DNA of 44,170 nucleotides. Origin: Conidiobolus incongruus B7586 (Eukaryota). Made by a program: the position numbers and the translations under genes. Positions 36,377 through 44,170 of the stretch are shown one piece after another. The stretch spans positions 1 through 44,170 of the forward strand of contig JNEM01009168.1 in assembly GCA_000697335.1 (NCBI GenBank). The letters run 5' to 3'. Position 1 is the stretch's first letter; each line of letters begins with the position of its first letter. The notes beneath the pieces are model-generated. The model saw only the letters and a program-made list of their open reading frames with translations. It was not told the DNA's origin and did not search any database.

Positions 36377-36931
36377 TTACCACTTAAGTCCATGATTACA
36401 GTAACCACCTGGATTGTTCTCTAAATAGTCTTGGTGATAGTCCTCCACCTGAAAGTAATTTTTGAAGGGTACAATTTCCGTGACGATAGGCTTGGGAAAA
36501 TGTTTTTGAACTTCTTGTTTCACTCTTTCAGCTATTTGACGTTGGTCATTACTGTGATAGTAGATGCCTGAACGGTATTGAGAACCGATATCATCGTCTT
36601 GTCTAAAGATTTAAATTTCAATCAATAATGAATATTGTTTTAAAGGAGAGTATAAAATATTACCTATATAAAGTGGTAGGATCATGAATTCTCCAAAAAA
36701 AGTGACCAACTCTTCAAATTTCACCTGTTGAGGGTCGTACTCAATTTAGACAGCTTCAGCATACCATGTCTGACCGCTACAAACTTCACTATAGCTAGGA
36801 TTTTTTGTATTATCGTTAGCGTAACCTGTGAAAGTTTTGATTAATTTAGAGCCGAATTACTTTTTGAAATAGTACTCTACTCTCCAGAAGCAACAACCTG
36901 CCAAAGTAGTCAATTCTGTATTGTTTGCCAT
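36377..36931 (-). pseudogene. msrA: Peptide methionine sulfoxide reductase MsrA pseudogene (one intron)
   Basis: MANNTELTTLAGCCFWRVEYYFKK*FG...GYAND..NPSYSEVCSGQTWYAEAV*IEYDP...(frameshift)WRIHDPTTLYR|QDDDIGSQYRSGIY...EDYHQDYLENNPGGYCNH. Two in-frame TAA stops and a 1-nt frameshift in a T run. Confidence 0.88.
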
Positions 36932-37691
36932 GATTTTTGTAGAGTAAAAAGATTTTACTAAGGAAGATTTTACAATTTGTATTTTTCAAAAATTCATTTG
37001 ATATAATAAATGATTATTAACGATGTTGTTTTTATATGATATCTAATTAATTTAGAACCATGAATGATTTGTAAAAAACAGTTTAAATCTCAAAATATTT
37101 ATTTGATTTGAACCTTTGATAGAATTGGCAATTTCAGATATTTAAATTTAATAATATTGTAGGATAAATTATTCCAAAGTATGTATTCAACAAGCACAGC
37201 TATTTTGTTATCACTAGAATATGCTCTAACTTGGGTTCGCTCTTGTCAAAATAATACTTGAGTTTAACCATCTAATCATTTTGACTTAAATATGAATTTG
37301 ATAATTTAAAATTTCTAATAACGTATGAGTGCACAATTATTATTTTTTATCATTTTAATATGGATTTATTATTTATCAATTTACAATTATTTATAATGAT
37401 ATCTCAAATAAATATAGATAAAGATTAATACTAATAATTGAATAAGATGAATATTTCAAAATATATGTTAGCAAATATATACAAATTTATCATTATAAAG
37501 ATATTTGAAATAATATTTGCTAATAATACTATTTTAAATTTTACTTTTTAATTGATTGACATTAAAATTAATTATTCAAAACTATTAAAATTGTTGAATT
37601 ATATTAAATTTTAATATTATCCAAAGAAAAAAATTCAATAGACTATTAAGAAAAATAGTTGTTACTTAAAAACTAGAAATGAAAACCTGTG

Positions 37692-37773
37692 CGACAGCTA
37701 CCGGATTTGAACCGATGCGGGCAGAGCCCATCAGATTTCGAGTCTGACTCCTTAACCACTCGGACAAACTGCC
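37692..37773 (-). tRNA. tRNA-Ser(CGA), intronless
   Basis: Minus strand reads GGCAGTTTGTCCGAGTGGTTAAGGAGTCAGACTCGAAATCTGATGGGCTCTGCCCGCATCGGTTCAAATCCGGTAGCTGTCG: full cloverleaf with anticodon CGA. Confidence 0.96.
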
Positions 37774-37841
37774 TTAAACAGGGGGATATTAAAAAGAAAT
37801 AAAAACAATTTAAATAATTATGATTAAATTGAGTGTATATT

Positions 37842-37851
37842 TATCCCATAA
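37842..37851 (+). promoter_or_regulatory. TATCCCATAA (1 mismatch) upstream of TIM9
   Basis: Motif is on the + strand for a + strand gene, ~190 bp upstream. Confidence 0.55.
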
Positions 37852-38039
37852 TTTAGTATTTAAATTCAAATTGTTTAATTTCTATTTCTAGTTTAAGTTG
37901 ATTTTTATTACCAATATTACAATTTAAAATTTGTAATTAATTTATTATCAAATAATTTTATTATATAATATAAAATTAATTAATTTTTAAATATTAGATA
38001 ATTTTTCTTTTTTAAAAATACAATATATTATAAATCAAA

Positions 38040-38416
38040 ATGAATGTCGATCCTAGTACTTTAAGTTATGAAGATCAACAAAAATTTGAAAAATTTATGA
38101 TGCAAATTCAAGTAATTTTCTATAACTACTCCTATAATATTCTTTTTACTTATTATAATTTTAGGCTAAGGAATCTTACCACGCTTTCTCTACCGCTGTC
38201 AACACCTGCTTCAAAGACTGTATCAATGACTTCACTTCTTCTGCCTTATCTACCAAAGAGGTAACTCTTAACAACCCATATCATGATATTTAACTAATTT
38301 AAATATAGAACAAATGTGTCGAAACATGCTTAACCAAATTTATTAAAGCTAATCAAAGAATCAGTAAACGTTTTGGTGAAGAAAATTTGAAAATTCAAGA
38401 AGCTATGAACCAATAA
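38040..38416 (+). CDS. TIM9: Mitochondrial intermembrane space chaperone Tim9 (3 exons: 38040-38111, 38165-38260, 38309-38416)
   Basis: Twin CX3C motif CFKDC INDFTSSALSTKENK CVETC LTKFIKANQRISKRF. Confidence 0.92.
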
Positions 38417-38911
38417 TTTACTTCCAATAAATTTAATTCAATCGATCAATTTATCTTTTTTCTATAGTTAATTCTAGTTACTATTTTAGATATTTATTTA
38501 ATATTAATTAAATATTTCTACAAATATGAACCATATAATTGAGTTATATACTATACTGGATTTGATATTTGGATGTTTATATATCTTATTATTGAACTGG
38601 TTCTATTAACTATTTTTGGTTTTTACCGTTTTAACCCAAATTTTAATATACTATCTGATAGTTACTAAATCATCAAAGGAAAAACCTGTCAAGTGAGAAA
38701 AATGATAACAATGACTTAGAATGATGTGGACTTAATTAATACAAGAATTATTGTTACTAGTAATAAAAAATTAATTTTTATTTAAAAATAATTTTAATTA
38801 ACCCAAATGATTTTGGTTGAAGCTTTTAAAGGAATTGACCTAATTGAAAGTACAATGATTGATTTTAGTTGCAATTTTACAAATTTAGAAAGAATAAAAG
38901 TGGCGAGAGTT

Positions 38912-39724
38912 TTAAGTATCCCTCGATTCTGCATATCCTGGCGCCTGTTTATATGCGAGACCTGCTTGGAGGAGTGCCGTGGCACTCGTTAACATGGCAG
39001 CGCCCACCTTCTCCTTGACTTTAAAGCGTTTATCTATTTCGGCGGCTTTGTTCAGTCCTACTTTGCCAACTTCCCAAGCTATCTTTTGTACTCCAAGGTA
39101 TTGATCAATAGTTTGAGCTGTCTGTAGTGTATAATTTAGCGTATTATAAACTGTATTTGGGATTGGTGATTTTTTTAAAGCAACAGCACCGGCAACTGCA
39201 GCTTGAACAACTTTGTCAGATAGTGTATGGTTATTGGATTGAGCATTTTCTAATTCTAAAATTTTGTTGATATCAATATTTTCAGTTGATGTTAATGGTT
39301 CATCTCTATTTGATAATAAAATGTTAGGATGTAAATTAAATATTGATTCAAAGAAGGAGTATTACTTTTCAAGGATTGTTTCAAAATGATTGATTAATAA
39401 TTTTAACTTTTTTAAAATGACTCTAATTTCAAGCTTATTCTTATTAACTAAATAATTAATATTGGTAAAGTTATAATATCTAATATTATAAAGAAACTTA
39501 CTTAAGAGAGCTTCGAGAAAATTTTTTAAACTTAAAAAGTAAGTGTATAGGGCTTCTTCTTTTTCAGCAACTGTCGTCCCCGTTTGATCGAGTTCGACAG
39601 CTTTTACACTCAATCGAATACCTTCATCCACTTTAGTTTGATCGATACTTGGTTGTTTTTTATACATAAATAAAGGGATACCCATATTCGAATAGAGATT
39701 ACTGATTGCTGAAGTACTTAACAT
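38912..39724 (-). CDS. Uncharacterised protein with MIT-like N-terminal helical bundle and amphipathic C-terminal region (3 exons; introns 39448-39501, 39306-39365)
   Basis: EGIRLSVKAVELDQ...EEALYTYFLSLKNFLEAL resembles MIT helices. The spliced frame continues through DKVVQAAVAGAVALKKSPIP...AWEVGKVGLNKAAEIDKRFKVKEKV to TAA at 38912-38914. Confidence 0.75.
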
Positions 39725-42700
39725 TTTGAATTTTTTTAAATTATTGAATAAATAAATGGATTCTATTAATTAAACAGCTGTATATGAAAATAAAAGTGAA
39801 ATAAAATAAAATAAAATACAATACAATAGGTTTGGAATCTAAGGATTCACAGTAGAAAGTGAGGACAGTAGAGAGCGTTGAGAGAGATGAAGTGAAAAAT
39901 AATGTATGGTCAATTGGAAAAAGGGGTTTTTATATCTTCATTGTCCAATGTGGATATTACAGAATATAATTGAACATTTTTCCAAATTTAGTATATCACC
40001 AAATTAAAGAAAATATTAAAAATTTTTGAATAAATTAAGCTTGAGAAGGTTGATTTTATGCATTAATTAAAAATCTTTAATAGACTAATATCGAAATATG
40101 GATATTTTCATCAAGCTTTTTACACGTGAAGATTAGTATTGATTTTATATGCTTTAATCATTATTAAATGGTAAAATAAAAAAATAAATAATCATTGATA
40201 TATTTTCTAAGATTCAATATCAAGTCAACACAATGATTATTGAAAATCAATAAAACCATCAGTTTCATATACCAAATTAAACAATTTAACTTTTAAAATT
40301 TTACTTAAAGTAATCTCATATTTTGGCCCATACAAAATACTTTCAAAAAATTAGGTTAAATGAACAACATAGTCAACATTAATTAAGTTCAAACTCAAGT
40401 TAATCTGTGTATAATTTAAAGTTTATTTATCATATACTATTTAATTTTATGAAATCCAAGTTGTTGGACTTCAGAATTTGATTCGCTTAAAATTGCGTTA
40501 CATCATTGTATCAATAGTATTTTTTTTGTTGAAAAGAGTTGAAGATCATGTAATTTGAATTAGATACTTGACAGAAATTCAAGTTTCATACATAACTTTT
40601 AAGAATAATAAATATAACAGAATATTATTTATTATCATTTATATAATTCATTTACAGTTACTATCATTGATTTATATATTTTAACTATTATTATTATTAA
40701 TATTATTTTTAAGCTTAATTATTTTAATACTCAAATTTATTTCAATTTTACTTTCATAAATAAGTACTTAAAAAGAATTTAATTAAACTTATGATATAGA
40801 ATAAATATTTAAAAATAATTTAAATTTATTATTATTATTATTTTTAAATTATAATTTATTAATAATTAAATAATTTTTAAAAATTAAAATTTTATACTAT
40901 TAATTTTATTACATATAAATTAATAATTTAAAATAAATATATTAAATAATTGTAAATGTTTAGTTTAAATATCTAATACACATCGAATATGATAATTTTC
41001 AAGAACAATAATCTCTAATATTAGTATATAAATGATATAAATATAACTGAAAATTTGATTATTGAGGAAAGATCTAATCTTATTAATGAAATTTTCACTA
41101 AAATTTCTACTGTTTCATAGATTAGCTGAATAATTATTTAATAGATATGAAAATTATATTATTAATTTTAACAACTATTTTGATACTGACATTACCAAAT
41201 TAAGCCTTAATTAATTTTAATCACTGAAAAATTGATATATATTTTGCATATTTTGATAACCTATTTTACACTATTGTTCTGATAATATATTCAACTGTTT
41301 GATTCCTTATCTTGATATTCTTAATAAACCTTAGCTTAACCATTTTACACGTGTTTTTTAATCAAAACTTTCTATACCGTTACCTAATTGTACGTGAATT
41401 GGATTCTGAAATTAACTTGTAATCGAAATTATACAAAAAATTCAGATGATTTCATTTATCTGAGATTTGGTACTGAAATATGAGGTGATGAAATAATTTT
41501 GTGATTGGTAAGTTAAAAATATTAGTGAATTAAGAGTACTTAACATTGAAATGTGTTGATATTTTGAAAATCTTTTGATAAAGTTCAAATGCTGGATAAA
41601 TAGAATTAATTTATCATACTATTAATGAAATCATATCTATTTTAAAGTATTTCACAATATCTATAGTATTTAGGAACTCAATTATATATATATAGTTACT
41701 AATAAAAAGTATCGATTTTCTATCAATTAGATAACCAAATTTAATTCATCATTCAACTTGTATAATATTAATGGGTAGAAAAATATAATCAATTAAGACT
41801 AAATTAAGCTCTTGCTTTGATATGCATTATTATAATTAGATATGATATCTCAATTGAATATAAAGTAAACATTTTATATTCACATTGATACTGTTGAAGA
41901 ATAATTTTTGATTATAATTTTTAAGATTAACTCAAAATGTACCCTCTAAATTCCGATATTTATCACCATTCATGGAACTTAAACTAGTTCTGAGCAGGCC
42001 TATCAGTATTTAATCAAGGCCTAGATAAACTATCACTTGCAACACGGATACTTGAATATTATATTACGATGCTATTTGATCTCAAAAAGTATAGCATTAA
42101 ACATACCATTGTCATTCTTAATTAGATATGAATAATTCCGACTATGTTTCTGTCATCAAAATACAATAACAGGTTTAAATTTTATCAAAAAATCTTAGGT
42201 ATTGAAATAAAGCTGGAAAAGCTATAACTATATAAACTCCACGTGGATTCAGATATTCCTTATTCTATGATATCATAAGATCTTTCTAATCAAAGCGAAA
42301 GCAACATCCAACCTAATAAAATAAAATATACTATACAAAATGTTTTAAAAGAGTCAATAACAGGACCTTAATTAAAAATACTAATGCATTTAACAGCCAT
42401 TTCTGAATAAAGTCATTTAGATTATCAGATCATAATATATTTTAAACATAATAGATTCTAAGCATTATTAAATATATTCAAAGGAATTATAATTGAAGCT
42501 ATAGTCATTTATAAAAAGAGTTTATTATGATGTATTTGACTATTTTAAATCTATTTGTCAAAATATAACATTATATATATATATATATATTTATAATATT
42601 TGTTGGCAATATTACTAACCAATTACATTATTATCATCTAATCAAACAATTTCAACTGTCTCACAATCACTAAGTTATCTGTCATTACACAATTACACCT

Positions 42701-44170
42701 TTATTAATAACATTAGATGATGGGTTAGTGAGTTGGTTTTTGAAAGAGATACCAATTACCATTGCTAAATTAAACATAGAATAAACATTAACTTATATTT
42801 ACCCTTAACTTTGCATTTACAAACCCTGATCACTTAGAAAACCCAACAATATTAATCTTATTATTAATTAACATGATTTTACATGAATATTTATAAATAT
42901 CCTGCTTATTTTTTATAAACTTTTAAATTATAAACTATTAAACTAATCTTAATAAAGAATAAAAAACAGCGTAATAAAACCCAAAATATCTAAGATAATA
43001 AAGAATAATAATTACCAATAAAAAAATTTAGACTCCTTCCAATTCTCAAAAAAGCATGTTGATAGGATTATTTATATAATAAGTTAAACTTATAATAAAT
43101 CTGTCACTACAGTTTACAAGAAATATATATTTCAAGCTAACATAAATTAAATCCAAATAATTGAATATAAATTGCTTTAAATAAAAACAAAGATATATTA
43201 AAAATATATTATAATTTTATTAATAGAATAATTATTAAATAATTAAAAATTTATAATTGGATTTTATAGAATTATATTAAATAAAATTAAATAATAAAAT
43301 TAATATATATCCAATGTTAAGTATATATATTATTAATAAATATAGGCAAATATTTTTTATTCAAAATATTTTAATATAAAGAAAAATTTGATTCATTTTA
43401 TGAATGCTATAAAAGCATAATTATTACTATAGTTATTATAAGGTAAATCATAATAATTTTTAAGTGTATATTCTAATTTTATTAAAATTTCTAAATGACA
43501 AATATACTCAAAAATAATAAATATTTAGAAAAAAAATTCTGGATTGAGTTATTAATAAATAATACTTTATAAAAATTTATGTTCCTTTGGGTTTTTTAAA
43601 TAAATAAGAAATAATAAAGGATTGAATTATTTTGATTATATTTATAATGAGATATAATAAATTTTCCAATTTTATTAGAAAAATTAGAAAATTAACTAAA
43701 ATAATACAAAGTATAAAAAAATTTTGAATAAAAATAAGTAAGTTGGCAAATTGATTTTTATATATCATAAAATTTTTCAGAATGAATGAATAATTAAATA
43801 ATATAAACTAATAAAAATATTCGTATTAAAAATATATTGATATTATGAATATAATCTTATTTTAAATTTAAATATAATTTACTTTATACAATAAGGTAAA
43901 TATTATTAATATATAATAATACACCGAGTTATATATTATAAAAACATTTAATTTCTTTATTATAATATAAAAATCAACCAAAATATTAATATTGACAGAA
44001 ATATACTTTAAATTTATATTATAATATATTATATTAATATCTAATAATTAAAATAAATAAATACTTAATTTTTTAGTTTATGGAGTCCATATAATACTTA
44101 AACATAGATGAATAAATTTAATTAATTTAGATAAATTTAGTTATAAATTATTTATAATAAATAAGTATAA

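Noticed and set aside
36377..36931. In-frame TAA codons in MsrA as evidence of TAA-to-Gln recoding
   Set aside because: TAA is the normal terminator of FIS1, MIP1, RPS30, URA4, TIM9 and others here, and the same gene also has a frameshift and motif damage.
43577..43768. Short I/L/F/N/K-rich ORFs in AT-rich DNA (also 3692-3898, 16138-16332, 23669-23878, 26810-27007)
   Set aside because: Composition is what chance gives in ~85% AT sequence; no domain or splice support.
1..44170. CRISPR arrays, prokaryotic operons, intact transposons or organellar DNA
   Set aside because: No regularly spaced repeats, LTRs, TIR pairs or RT/DDE ORFs seen. Spliceosomal introns and gene content show a nuclear eukaryotic locus.

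Overview
Very AT-rich eukaryotic nuclear DNA with short (~50-65 nt) GT-AG introns and standard-code genes. Gene content and style point to an early-diverging fungus, probably Zoopagomycota/Entomophthoromycotina (Conidiobolus-like; this is inference). Protein genes: a triple-RRM protein, tubulin cofactor C, FIS1, mitochondrial DNA polymerase gamma (MIP1), RPS30, ETF:ubiquinone oxidoreductase, U2A'/LEA1, a cyclin K/T-type cyclin, SHO1, a membrane-anchored UDP-glycosyltransferase, a secreted SGNH/GDSL hydrolase, URA4, a p24 cargo receptor, TIM9 and an uncharacterised MIT-like protein. There are also two tRNA-Ser genes and an MsrA pseudogene. Three things stand out beyond the ORF track. (1) A spliced non-coding host gene (~14.4-15.7 kb, minus strand) carries five intronic box C/D snoRNAs: snR78, snR77, snR76, snR75 and an unusually long ~280-nt snR13/U15-like RNA with a large hairpin insert. 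(2) A strand-oriented 10-mer, AATCCCATAA, sits ~90-190 bp upstream of many housekeeping genes and is a candidate lineage-specific promoter element. (3) An intact ORF fuses an acidic region and an NLS to a Tc1/Ant1-type transposase DNA-binding domain with no catalytic domain, a candidate domesticated transposase.
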